Virus record (IMG/VR): IMGVR_UViG_3300047311_000323
Location: 1-64,000 of that record
Length of the DNA: 64,000 bases
Source of the DNA: a virus
Reading direction: 5' to 3' (one strand)
Positions 41,704 through 50,590 of this stretch are shown here, in pieces; position 1 is the stretch's first letter; each line of letters starts with the position of its first letter. Under the pieces are notes generated by a model that saw nothing but the letters and a program-made list of their open reading frames with translations, was not told the origin of the DNA and did no database searches. The position numbers were made by a program, and so were the translations under genes.

Positions 41704-42321
41704 ATGGCTTTTTTGGGAATCAGAATACCACACGAAACGGCACGCTTACTAGCTCAGATTGATGTACCAGGCGAGAAAATCGCTACATCTGAGATGCACA
41801 TCACCCTTTTGCACTTTCAAAGCGAATGGCCTATCTCCGAATTGGCCAAATCATTGGAAGCTACCTACGAGGTGGTTTCTAAGTTCCATCCATTCCTGGC
41901 TAAGATAAATAAGGTTAGCTCGTTCCCTAAAAATCCAGAAGGTGTACTACCCGTTATTGGCAAAGTAGATTCTGATGACTTGATGGAGCTACGTAAAAAG
42001 TTAGCCGAGAATTTTGATGATGAGAACATCGACTTCTCTAAAACGCACAAAGATTTCAAGCCACACGTAACTCTAGCGTACGCAGAAGAAAAACCGGATG
42101 AAGAAAAGTTCCATCCGGTTGAATTCGTGGTTTCAGAGATTGTATTGTGGGGTGGCGACCACGGGGACGATCGAATTTTTGTTACGTTCCCGCTAGCAGG
42201 CCCAAAGATGGATAAGAATGCTATCTTACTCAAGAAGATTGAAATCTTCGAGAAGATTGCCGGCAATCCTTTACAGGATTACTTGACTCCATCTAAAGAG
42301 CGCAGAAAAACTGAGCGTTAA
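41704..42321 (+). CDS. 2H phosphoesterase (LigT/ThpR 2'-5' RNA ligase superfamily)
   Basis: Two HxT motifs, MHITL and PHVTL; start moved to ATG 41704 after SD GAGGA. Confidence 0.85.
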   Translation: MAFLGIRIPHETARLLAQIDVPGEKIATSEMHITLLHFQSEWPISELAKSLEATYEVVSKFHPFLAKINKVSSFPKNPEGVLPVIGKVDSDDLMELRKKLAENFDDENIDFSKTHKDFKPHVTLAYAEEKPDEEKFHPVEFVVSEIVLWGGDHGDDRIFVTFPLAGPKMDKNAILLKKIEIFEKIAGNPLQDYLTPSKERRKTER

Positions 42322-43217
42322 ATCAATCTACGAGCACGCAAATGTCTTAGTCTTGCAAATGCCGGATTGATAGCGCTGGTCATACTGAATACACCCAAAC
42401 CTCTTGGTCCTGGACGCAAGCTGTTCTTAATGTACTTCAGCTTTTCCCAGTAGTGAGCTAGTAGTGTGCTGTATTGCGTTTGCATCAGCTCAGAAACCGT
42501 TGGTGGGTTGAAACTCAATCCGTTATCCGTGATTTGGAATTCACGACCACGTTCGATTAGTGCTTTGGATGATAGCGCGTATAGTGTAGCACCTTCAACT
42601 AGAATTTCACCAAACTGATCCACGAAATCATCATCGTCAAACTTGAAGAAGGTGAAGTAAGGTACTTGGTTGAAATCCCACAGAGCGGTAGCAATAAAAG
42701 TCGTAAGCATTGCGATAGAAAAGATATCGCAGTCAACATAGATGGTGTTACCATAAGCGTCGGCTGATTTCGCTTTACCAGCACTGTTAAGTCTAGCTTT
42801 CAAAGACTTGATTAGCTTGTTGATGTTGATAGTGGCACACTGCGAGTAGCTGAACCCTGGGTCATCTCCTAAATGGACATAACCATCAGAGTTGATGCTT
42901 GGAATCTGTGTATGGTCAACAACGAAGGTAAAAGTAGTTTCTACACGAAATCCGTTGACGTAGCCAACCCAGATATCGTTGAAGGCGCCGTATGGTCCGT
43001 TGATTGGCACGGTAAAGATATAAGAATACTTGCCGGTCGAGATTTGGCTAACTCCCGCTGAGGTCGGTGCTAGGGCCACCAGGCCGCTTGGTTGAACGAT
43101 AGAAATTGTTGGGAACGAATCAGTGTTGACTGGGTTACCCATCATATCCTTAAATTGTACGGTTAAATTGACTTGATCTGTAACGTCAATTAATTCACCG
43201 CGCGCTTTGATCGTCAT
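42318..43217 (-). CDS. Head-tail adaptor/neck protein with N-terminal Ig-like domain
   Basis: C-terminal helical adaptor-like domain (LIKSLKARL...EILVEGATLYAL...FQITDNGLSF); synteny. Confidence 0.6.
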   Translation of the reverse strand: MTIKARGELIDVTDQVNLTVQFKDMMGNPVNTDSFPTISIVQPSGLVALAPTSAGVSQISTGKYSYIFTVPINGPYGAFNDIWVGYVNGFRVETTFTFVVDHTQIPSINSDGYVHLGDDPGFSYSQCATININKLIKSLKARLNSAGKAKSADAYGNTIYVDCDIFSIAMLTTFIATALWDFNQVPYFTFFKFDDDDFVDQFGEILVEGATLYALSSKALIERGREFQITDNGLSFNPPTVSELMQTQYSTLLAHYWEKLKYIKNSLRPGPRGLGVFSMTSAINPAFARLRHLRARRLI

Positions 43218-43579
43218 GTGGCAGTTCCTACTGTTACTCCGTAATTACCAAACGGAGCAGTTACAATTAGTTGGAAAATCGTTTGATAGAAATTGGGTGT
43301 TCCCGGTCCATTGTAGGTTACGTCTACTAAGTAGCTTCCAACTGAGGCCCCACCTGTTGGTAAAGCAAATTGGAAGTAATAAAGACCCGTATCCAGTCTA
43401 GTCATGGATTGAGGGAATCCAGTAGCCAGCGTCAAATTTGGGAAGATAATTCTGGTGATTTCAGGCGTAGCGTAACCATCATGTGGAAGTCCAGAATCCG
43501 CACGCTGGCCGTAACCGTCCTTAGTTTCTAGGAAAATTGTGGCTTTTTGTCCAGGGAAATAGTAGAGTAAAGTCGTCAT
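43214..43579 (-). CDS. Small Ig-like virion protein, paralogous to the N-terminus of 42318..43217
   Basis: KDGYGQRADS...TRLDTGLYYFQF versus KDMMGNPVNTDS...SQISTGKYSYIF; ATGA overlap. Confidence 0.6.
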   Translation of the reverse strand: MTTLLYYFPGQKATIFLETKDGYGQRADSGLPHDGYATPEITRIIFPNLTLATGFPQSMTRLDTGLYYFQFALPTGGASVGSYLVDVTYNGPGTPNFYQTIFQLIVTAPFGNYGVTVGTAT

Positions 43580-43649
43580 AGTTATCCTAACACTTATACA
43601 GTTCTATGCAGTTCTAATGCTGCAATACCAGAGTCAACTCTAATTTATC

Positions 43650-43663
43650 AATATGTAAGCATT
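43650..43663 (+). promoter_or_regulatory. Candidate late-promoter motif
   Basis: AATATGTAAGCATT upstream of plus-strand gene 43677; orientation follows the gene. Confidence 0.4.
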
Positions 43664-43676
43664 ATGATGTATTACT

Positions 43677-44105
43677 ATGAAAAAAAACACTACCCACTTT
43701 TGGATAACCAACATGTCACCAAGGAATGTTACCTTGGCAGATTTGGCCATGAATATCAGGGCCTTTTCTACAGTTGATCTGTTGGATAAGAGACACTATA
43801 AATACACTCTGGAACAGCTTCTAAAATCTAAGGAATCTGGTTCTTTATTTAAGAAGAGTAATATGATTGTAGTGCGTGAAGTAGCTCCACCTGATCCGGA
43901 AAAGAACAGAATAGCAATTGTATATGGCTCCATCATCCCAGACAGGGTACGCTCTCTCTACAAGGTTAATGAAGAAGAGTACGAAGAGCTGAAAGTCTCA
44001 AATGAAGACCAGAAGAAGCAAGATGAAATCTATGCCGAAGAAAACGCTGATCTAGCTGAGATTGACTTGCAGAGAAGCGTTATCAACCCACCTAAGAAGG
44101 TATAA
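43677..44105 (+). CDS. Hypothetical protein (distant member of the N-terminal anchor-like family)
   Basis: THFWITNMSPRNVTLADLAMNIRAFSTVDLL...SKESGSL resembles the N-termini of 45948, 47768 and 57949 genes. Confidence 0.6.
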   Translation: MKKNTTHFWITNMSPRNVTLADLAMNIRAFSTVDLLDKRHYKYTLEQLLKSKESGSLFKKSNMIVVREVAPPDPEKNRIAIVYGSIIPDRVRSLYKVNEEEYEELKVSNEDQKKQDEIYAEENADLAEIDLQRSVINPPKKV

Positions 44106-44107
44106 CT

Positions 44108-44293
44108 ATGCATTCTCGCAAACGGTTAGCTAACGTTATTGATCAGATTCTAACATCCGAAAAGGAGCAGTTAGAAGAAGTCGAGGCATCCACAGTTGAC
44201 GACTATAAAAAGTTGAACGACAAGTGTGATGAGGTTATTTGTAAGATAAAGAAGAGGAAAGGCAAGTCCAACATCCAACAATCTGGAGAATAA
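44108..44293 (+). CDS. Small hypothetical protein
   Basis: 61 aa, tightly coupled (TAATG) to the next gene. Confidence 0.5.
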   Translation: MHSRKRLANVIDQILTSEKEQLEEVEASTVDDYKKLNDKCDEVICKIKKRKGKSNIQQSGE

Positions 44294-44604
44294 TGCCTGA
44301 CAACAGGGACAAAGATAGAATAATTCCTCTTATTGACCAAATCAACAAGAGAGATCTAGAAATCATTCTGGAGGTCAACAGAAAAGCTGTTGAAATCGAG
44401 ACGGCGGTTGCCGATCAGAATGAAGAGATCATTACTTTGCTTAATGATAACCAAGAATCACAAGAAAACATTGAGAAGAAACTAGATAAACTTTTAGATC
44501 ATGCCGAAGACACATCTAAAGACCTATTCAAGATTCAAGTGCTATTTGTTTCCGGACTACTAGCTTTAGTAGCTCAGATCATCCAAATTTTTCTGAAGAA
44601 GTAA
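44293..44604 (+). CDS. Coiled-coil protein with C-terminal membrane anchor (XhlA/holin-like architecture)
   Basis: Heptad-like acidic region then LFVSGLLALVAQIIQIFLKK. Confidence 0.55.
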   Translation: MPDNRDKDRIIPLIDQINKRDLEIILEVNRKAVEIETAVADQNEEIITLLNDNQESQENIEKKLDKLLDHAEDTSKDLFKIQVLFVSGLLALVAQIIQIFLKK

Positions 44605-44838
44605 TCAGTTCTTCATAATTTCGACATTAGTTGCTTTTGGCGTCCCGTGTTTATTAACACCGAGACCAAAGGAAACTTTTTGATGTTTGTAGAGGGTTTT
44701 GAATCCTTCACAAGCGACATCAGAGAAGTGAACAAACATGTCTTTCTGTTTGACACCTTCTTTTTCCCAGCCAATGAATCCAAAACCACGCTTTGGGTCA
44801 AACCACAATACTTCGCCGTAAAACTTTTCGTCGGTCAT
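44605..44838 (-). CDS. Cold-shock domain protein
   Basis: GEVLWFDPKRGFGFI (RNP1) and DMFVHFS (RNP2). Confidence 0.9.
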   Translation of the reverse strand: MTDEKFYGEVLWFDPKRGFGFIGWEKEGVKQKDMFVHFSDVACEGFKTLYKHQKVSFGLGVNKHGTPKATNVEIMKN

Positions 44839-44840
44839 GT

Positions 44841-45182
44841 TTACTTATCCTTATATACTAACTCGCCATCCACCCAAAGTTCTCCCATATGGGAGTCCAA
44901 ACCTGGAATGACTAAGGTGTTACTTTGCTTCAAAGAAGCGAAGCATTCACCTAACAGTTTGTATACCTCTATTGCGCCGTACTTGCTAATATCCTTCTTC
45001 TTTTCGTCTGTATTAGCCTCGCGCATTAGTTTATCAAATTTTGCAAAAAGAACAAGCATGTCCTTTTCACGTCCCGCCCATTTGGCAACTGTAAGAAACT
45101 TTTTACGGGTTTCTCTTTCACTAGTGACCTTTTCACTCATATCATCTGGATTTGATGTGTCCATTTGAAAATTCTTACTCAT
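44841..45182 (-). CDS. Hypothetical protein
   Basis: 113 aa ORF in an operon with HNH and cold-shock genes. Confidence 0.6.
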   Translation of the reverse strand: MSKNFQMDTSNPDDMSEKVTSERETRKKFLTVAKWAGREKDMLVLFAKFDKLMREANTDEKKKDISKYGAIEVYKLLGECFASLKQSNTLVIPGLDSHMGELWVDGELVYKDK

Positions 45183-45498
45183 GACTGGCTCCGATTTTGA
45201 AAGACTTGTTCTTGAATTCTATGTAGGGCTTATCAATGCCCTCAATGTTTCTTTTTCCATCTAGTTCGTAAATAAGAGTGCGCCCATTTGGCGGTTGTGT
45301 GGATGGATATACACCGATGATTTTGAGTCGGCCTGTATGGGTTAATGCATGACAGTTAGCACACAAAATTGCTAGGTTAAAGTCATGGTTGGTAGTGTTT
45401 AATTCTGTTCTTTCTATAATATGATGCAATTCTAGTAGCTTAGGGTCGCAAACATTGCACGATTCAATCTCACATTTATTCTTAACTAACTTACTCAT
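45175..45498 (-). CDS. Small HNH endonuclease
   Basis: CESC...ELHHII...NLAILCANCHALTH. Confidence 0.8.
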   Translation of the reverse strand: MSKLVKNKCEIESCNVCDPKLLELHHIIERTELNTTNHDFNLAILCANCHALTHTGRLKIIGVYPSTQPPNGRTLIYELDGKRNIEGIDKPYIEFKNKSFKIGASHE

Positions 45499-45515
45499 GC
45501 GCTTTCTATATCAGG

Positions 45516-45857
45516 TTAACGAGTGGCCCAAGCTTCTACACGAACAGTGCCGGTACCGGAAAACCAAATCTTAGTAATCGGTCTATTCTGAAATATTAAC
45601 TCTCTTGGAGCAGTAGCCAAGCTACCATCAAGGGTTCCATGCACATCAGTACCATTAAAAGAGTATTGGATGTTAGTTGCTGCAGCCGGTACCCAAAACA
45701 TTACAGTATAGGTAGGGAAAGTAATGAGAACGTCACAATTGGTTACGAAAGTACCCGGTGTGGCCGAGCCTGGAGTAACAGTCTTGAAATAATTGAAGCT
45801 TTTACCCCATGTAATCGGGGCAAGTGGGTTATTTGTGCGGTCGTAAGGAAATCCCAT
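45516..45857 (-). CDS. Small beta-rich hypothetical (virion accessory?) protein
   Basis: 113 aa, SD AGGAG, aromatic/Thr-rich beta-sandwich-like sequence. Confidence 0.6.
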   Translation of the reverse strand: MGFPYDRTNNPLAPITWGKSFNYFKTVTPGSATPGTFVTNCDVLITFPTYTVMFWVPAAATNIQYSFNGTDVHGTLDGSLATAPRELIFQNRPITKIWFSGTGTVRVEAWATR

Positions 45858-45898
45858 TGTTATACTCCTACTACTATATAGAATTATTACCTAAAAAG

Positions 45899-45925
45899 AA
45901 AAGACCCGCCAAAAGCGGGTCTTTT
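45899..45925 (-). terminator. Intrinsic terminator (possibly bidirectional)
   Basis: AAAAGACCCGC-CAAAA-GCGGGTCTTTT with A/T tails on both sides. Confidence 0.8.
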
Positions 45926-45947
45926 TGAAATTACTTATTGAATCAAG

Positions 45948-47642
45948 TTAGTCAGTTTTTAGAATTGATGCAAAATTAAGTGGGTTAACTGCATTTCCAC
46001 CAAATCCAGTGCCTGCGCCTCGTGCAGCAACTAAATTTGCCCAGGAATTAGTTGTAGGTCCGACATAGGTACCATCACCTACTGGAGCATATGTAGAAGT
46101 TGCGGTTCCAAGAACGAAGTCATTAGTTCCCGGAATAGAACCAGTAATAGATGGAACATAGCCATCACCAACATAAGCGAAAGTGGACCCTGATGCTACT
46201 CCAACGCCACCACCAGCTTGTCCAGATCCCCAAAGTGCCTTAGAAATATTAGGCCCGCCAACCGTGCCTCCACCATTATTTGAGAAAAAAGTAACGCTAG
46301 AAGCACTTGATACCATCAAACCATGACCGGCAAGATTAGAGCCTCCATTACCACCAGCAACACCATCAAATATTGCTGCAGAGAAAAGTCCTAATCTATT
46401 AGATCCAACAATTGATAGTGACGTGCCTTGCCAAAGTACATCAACGGCGAACTGAAGGGCAGAACCAGTTGGTGAAAACCCAGTTGCACCGCCTCCGATA
46501 TATCCACCAGCATAAAATCTAACAAGACTACCACTAAGAGGTCTAATAAGCTGTCCAGTTGGCTGACAACAGTTTTGAAGGTTGTTAAATGTTCCTGATG
46601 CTGGTAATATGGATTTAGAAAACTTGCATTCATATACCGTACCCGATGTGTTTGTAGAAAGTTCAGGACAATAATCACCGGTAAGATCAAGATCTCTAAA
46701 AAATAAAGCTGACCCAAATGGAGGGCCGGCGGAATTAGTGCGTATTTGCATAACCCTAATAGATCCCAACTTAAGAGTATATAGAGTTTGCAATACAAAA
46801 GTATCAGTATTAGCTATTGCAACTTGATTTGCATCAGCAATCAAAGATCCAATAGTTGGTTTAGTACAAGGCTCACTTAGACGCCAAGCATTTGCTGTAA
46901 GGTCTTTAGCTGTCCAGAAATAAGCGCCTACGGTTGAATCAAATATACGTTGAGCAACAGTTACGCCACCAGTTGCAGTAAACTGCCATGGAGTATTAGT
47001 TGCACGGTTTCTTTGGGTAACAGCCGTTACTGTTAATGGGGTAGATACGGCCACTCCGCCAAGGAATAGTAGACGAACGTTACCGTCTAAAACAACATCA
47101 ATATTAAGGGGGTCTGTAGTTGGAGCGTGACCTAACATATTAACAGTAATGGTGACACCTGGAGCGGTATTAGCTCCAGTTGGAGATAGCAAATTTCCTT
47201 TGCCCCAACGAGATGACAACTCTGCAACAGTTTTAATTGCTGTACCGATAGTAGTCCCATCATTAACATCAGATCCATTAGTAGGATCAACATACCAGGA
47301 TGTTTGAGTCAGTGGATTATTGGTAAGAGCAGAGCCAGATGCCCCGCTTGGATTAATACCGATACTTTTTAAGAATCCACTTTGAAGTGGGTCTGATGTA
47401 TTGAAATTAACGGTAGATGCAAGTACCTGTAAAGCGCCACCTGACAGAAGATTTTTAAGTGGGCCTTTGAGAACCGCAACCCTAATATCTTCTTCAGTTA
47501 CTCCAGGAACATCCATAACGTCAAGTTGACCACCAGGGTTTATCTTAGTATTGAATACTTTGATAGACCTATTTATAGAACTATTGTTTTTTACAACGAA
47601 AGTAATAGTCGCGCTGGGATTAAATGCTGACGGTGATGACAT
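45948..47642 (-). CDS. Spike/fibre-like protein: shared N-terminal domain plus beta-helix-like body
   Basis: N-terminus clearly paralogous to 47768..49543; WYVDPTNGSDVNDG...IKT motif typical of pectin-lyase-like beta-helix proteins. Confidence 0.65.
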   Translation of the reverse strand: MSSPSAFNPSATITFVVKNNSSINRSIKVFNTKINPGGQLDVMDVPGVTEEDIRVAVLKGPLKNLLSGGALQVLASTVNFNTSDPLQSGFLKSIGINPSGASGSALTNNPLTQTSWYVDPTNGSDVNDGTTIGTAIKTVAELSSRWGKGNLLSPTGANTAPGVTITVNMLGHAPTTDPLNIDVVLDGNVRLLFLGGVAVSTPLTVTAVTQRNRATNTPWQFTATGGVTVAQRIFDSTVGAYFWTAKDLTANAWRLSEPCTKPTIGSLIADANQVAIANTDTFVLQTLYTLKLGSIRVMQIRTNSAGPPFGSALFFRDLDLTGDYCPELSTNTSGTVYECKFSKSILPASGTFNNLQNCCQPTGQLIRPLSGSLVRFYAGGYIGGGATGFSPTGSALQFAVDVLWQGTSLSIVGSNRLGLFSAAIFDGVAGGNGGSNLAGHGLMVSSASSVTFFSNNGGGTVGGPNISKALWGSGQAGGGVGVASGSTFAYVGDGYVPSITGSIPGTNDFVLGTATSTYAPVGDGTYVGPTTNSWANLVAARGAGTGFGGNAVNPLNFASILKTD

Positions 47643-47717
47643 TAATTACTCCTAAAATTACGGTCGACCGTGCGACCTATTATAATAAGGGAATATTGCT
47701 AAGTATCTTAAAGCAAA

Positions 47718-47747
47718 ACGGACTTATTCATCATTGAATAAGTCCGT
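47718..47747 (-). terminator. Intrinsic terminator
   Basis: ACGGACTTATTCA-TCAT-TGAATAAGTCCGT 13-bp stem followed by TTTGCTTT on the minus strand. Confidence 0.75.
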
Positions 47748-47767
47748 CCCACCAACTCACATTTTTA

Positions 47768-49543
47768 TTAGAACGTCATATCAGCAGTCAATATGGCGTG
47801 AGCGTTCTTATCAACATTATGGAGACTTCCTGCGGAAAGCAGGTTTGCCCAAGTCGTTGTAACGGCTGCATTATATACTCCAGTTCCAGAATTGTATGAC
47901 TGAGCTGAATTTACTCCACCAAGCGCAAATTCACCCGATGTACCTGTAAGTTTCAGGTTTGCTCCAGCAGTTGAAGCTGGTTGATTAGATGGGTTTCCGT
48001 AACCAAACGTGCAGTTTGAACTGATGAAGACACCGTACCCAGTATTGTTGGCGCCATATAGATTTGTTCCTTGGGCAGCATTTGCGTTAGAAGAGCACCA
48101 GAAAGATCCGTTGAGTCCAACCTGTCGGCCACCAACCAAGATTCCATGGGAAGGTGAATCGAAGATTCCTAGAAGAGAGCATCGAACACTTCCGTGGATG
48201 ACGATAGGGGCGAGACCTCCGACACCTCCATAGGAAAGGAAGGATGTAATGAAACTCGCAGTACTTCCCACTTCAATATAGATAGTTCCATTAAGGTTCA
48301 AACCTGCGGAGAATTGAACGGGCTTAAAGAAACGTGCATTACATCCTGAAGATGCCGCTCCAATAGAGTTAAATGAGCAGTTGATGAAATAATTGATTGC
48401 ATCAAATCCACCAGTGTTTGAGTTAGTAACCTGTGTTCCTGCGTTATCGATAATTGTCGAAGAAAATTTACAGGAGTTAAAAATCGCGAAAACATTTCCG
48501 GCTGAGATGCACACCGCAGCATCATGGGAATTTCCAGTATATCCTGTAAGATCAACGTTCATAACTCCAAGGCGAGATGCTGAAGTCGCATCGGTATCGT
48601 TTCCACCAATCTGTGCTCGAATATCAACGTCACCCCAGACGAGTGTAGGAAGGTCTTCTATAACAAAAGTATCGCCGGGAACAATACTGTTCGTAGGAAT
48701 AGCATTGGTGGCGCCGAATGCTGCGGGATTAAACTGATAACTGTTCGTTCCTGGTTGGCTGATATTACATGGATTTCCTGCTCCATTCGTTTTTGCGACC
48801 CAAAAAACCGCGTTATTGGCCGTACCACTAGTCATACGAAGACGCTTTCCGACATACAAAGACCAATCTGCAACTCCACCAGAGTTGAACGTCGCTTGAA
48901 CGTTATTGGTTTGATCGGATGCAACGAACGTACTAACAGTGCTCGTAAGGAGAGTTGTTGGCGTACCGATAACCGTTATAAATGAACCAATTTTTGTAGT
49001 GACATTTAGGTTCAGTGGATCGGTCTTTGGGATACTTGAAAGAATATTGATCGTTGTGAAATAGGCAATTTGTCCATTCGAGTTAAGGCGGGAGCCAGTG
49101 AGCGTTGGATATCCAGCTCCAATGCGGCGAGTTAATTCAGCCAAAGTTTTGATTGGAACAAGTGATGTGGCGCCACTATTTGTGTCAACGCCATTTACCG
49201 CATCAATATACCAGTTTGCTTGTGTCAGCGCACCAGAAGCAGATGTACCAACAGGTATTCCAATGCTTGTTAAAAAAGCTCCATGAACAGCATCTACGGT
49301 TGTAAAATTAACGGTAGATGATACTACCTGTAAAGAACCTCCTGCTAATAATGCCTTAAGAGAACCTTTAGTAACCTCTGTTCTAATGTCTTCTTCAGTT
49401 ACTCCGGGAACATCCATCAGGTCAAGTGTACCACCTGGATTGATTTTAGTGTTGAAGATTTTAATAGAACGCCCAATTGAACTATTATTTCTGATTATAA
49501 AGCTTATGTCAGTACTTGTATTAAATGCAGATGGTGATGGCAT
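47768..49543 (-). CDS. Spike/fibre-like protein, paralog of 45948..47642
   Basis: MPSPSAFN...NTKINPGGTLDLMDVPGVTEEDIR; WYIDAVNGVDTNSG...PIKT. Confidence 0.65.
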   Translation of the reverse strand: MPSPSAFNTSTDISFIIRNNSSIGRSIKIFNTKINPGGTLDLMDVPGVTEEDIRTEVTKGSLKALLAGGSLQVVSSTVNFTTVDAVHGAFLTSIGIPVGTSASGALTQANWYIDAVNGVDTNSGATSLVPIKTLAELTRRIGAGYPTLTGSRLNSNGQIAYFTTINILSSIPKTDPLNLNVTTKIGSFITVIGTPTTLLTSTVSTFVASDQTNNVQATFNSGGVADWSLYVGKRLRMTSGTANNAVFWVAKTNGAGNPCNISQPGTNSYQFNPAAFGATNAIPTNSIVPGDTFVIEDLPTLVWGDVDIRAQIGGNDTDATSASRLGVMNVDLTGYTGNSHDAAVCISAGNVFAIFNSCKFSSTIIDNAGTQVTNSNTGGFDAINYFINCSFNSIGAASSGCNARFFKPVQFSAGLNLNGTIYIEVGSTASFITSFLSYGGVGGLAPIVIHGSVRCSLLGIFDSPSHGILVGGRQVGLNGSFWCSSNANAAQGTNLYGANNTGYGVFISSNCTFGYGNPSNQPASTAGANLKLTGTSGEFALGGVNSAQSYNSGTGVYNAAVTTTWANLLSAGSLHNVDKNAHAILTADMTF

Positions 49544-49617
49544 TAAATGCTCCTAAAATTTACAACCTTTTGAGGTATCCCATAAATAGGAGATTATTGC
49601 CAATCTACTTAAAATTA

Positions 49618-50478
49618 TTACATTATGTAGTTAGCTACCGCATCTTTGTAGCCCTTTTCCATCATCTCTTGTATTTTCTCCGGCCTAAAGTCCAAAAGGT
49701 CTTCAATCAAATTAGTTTCTGGCCTAATGATGTTCAATTTAACGAGCTTCTTATGAGTCAGCATGTTTTGGGCTAGTATATTGTACATTTCTACCTTCTC
49801 AATATCATTAGCCATGATTTTATCAGTAGATAGGTCAATGCTGCGTTTTAGAATGTCAACAGTGGTCGGATTTTCGATGAATTTTTTGGTTCTAACAGCC
49901 GGATTGGTGATGATGACATCGATAATGTCGGCCCCAAGCTCTACTGCCTTCTTGATTGGCGAGATTTCTTTGATTCCACCGTCAGTCCAGAGCTGACCAA
50001 GGAATTCTACAGGCGTTAGCATGCCTGGGAATGAGGAAGAGGCGATAACAGCATCGATAAAGTGATCTGATGTCTGATCAAAAATGGTATACTTGCCTGA
50101 ACTAAGAGAAACGGTGCCTACATTTACCTGTTTTCCACTTTCCCTAATCTTGGCAAGGTCAATTTCAGATTTTAGAAGGTTATGTAGTGGCGAGCTGTCG
50201 TAAAAGCTCTTTTTCCAGATAGCGTGCCATCGACCAAAGGGAAACCAGCGCTTGTATATCGAGGAATTGTTTAGCTGAGACCACATTTCGGCCAGTTTGT
50301 TCGAAGACTCTATTTCTTGGCCAGATTTGTACATAGCTAGGAAGGCAACGTTGATAGCTCCAACGCTGACACCGCACAAGGCATCATAACTCACTTGTTT
50401 TTCGCCCAAAATGTATTTCAGCGCTCCGGCCTGATAACTACCTTTAGAGCCGCCACCACTCAACACTAGCGCTCTCAT
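49618..50478 (-). CDS. Patatin-like phospholipase
   Basis: LVLSGGGSKG oxyanion loop, GVSVG nucleophile elbow, DGG catalytic Asp. Confidence 0.9.
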   Translation of the reverse strand: MRALVLSGGGSKGSYQAGALKYILGEKQVSYDALCGVSVGAINVAFLAMYKSGQEIESSNKLAEMWSQLNNSSIYKRWFPFGRWHAIWKKSFYDSSPLHNLLKSEIDLAKIRESGKQVNVGTVSLSSGKYTIFDQTSDHFIDAVIASSSFPGMLTPVEFLGQLWTDGGIKEISPIKKAVELGADIIDVIITNPAVRTKKFIENPTTVDILKRSIDLSTDKIMANDIEKVEMYNILAQNMLTHKKLVKLNIIRPETNLIEDLLDFRPEKIQEMMEKGYKDAVANYIM

Positions 50479-50536
50479 TTGACCTCTCTGACTTAGGGTC
50501 CTACAATGAATATATCAGTTTAATGAGTGGAAATAA

Positions 50537-50567
50537 CAATGCCCAGCGTTTAAGACACTGGGCATTG
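50537..50567 (-). terminator. Intrinsic terminator
   Basis: Minus strand CAATGCCCAGTGT-CTTAA-ACGCTGGGCATTG then TTATTT; one G-U wobble that pairs only on the minus strand. Confidence 0.75.
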
Positions 50568-50590
50568 AAGTCTTTCAATTATTTCTATTC

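Noticed and set aside
47660-47671. Perfect 12-bp palindrome ACGGTCGACCGT upstream of the 45948..47642 gene
   Set aside because: Single occurrence, not present in the paralogous leader at ~49550; may be chance
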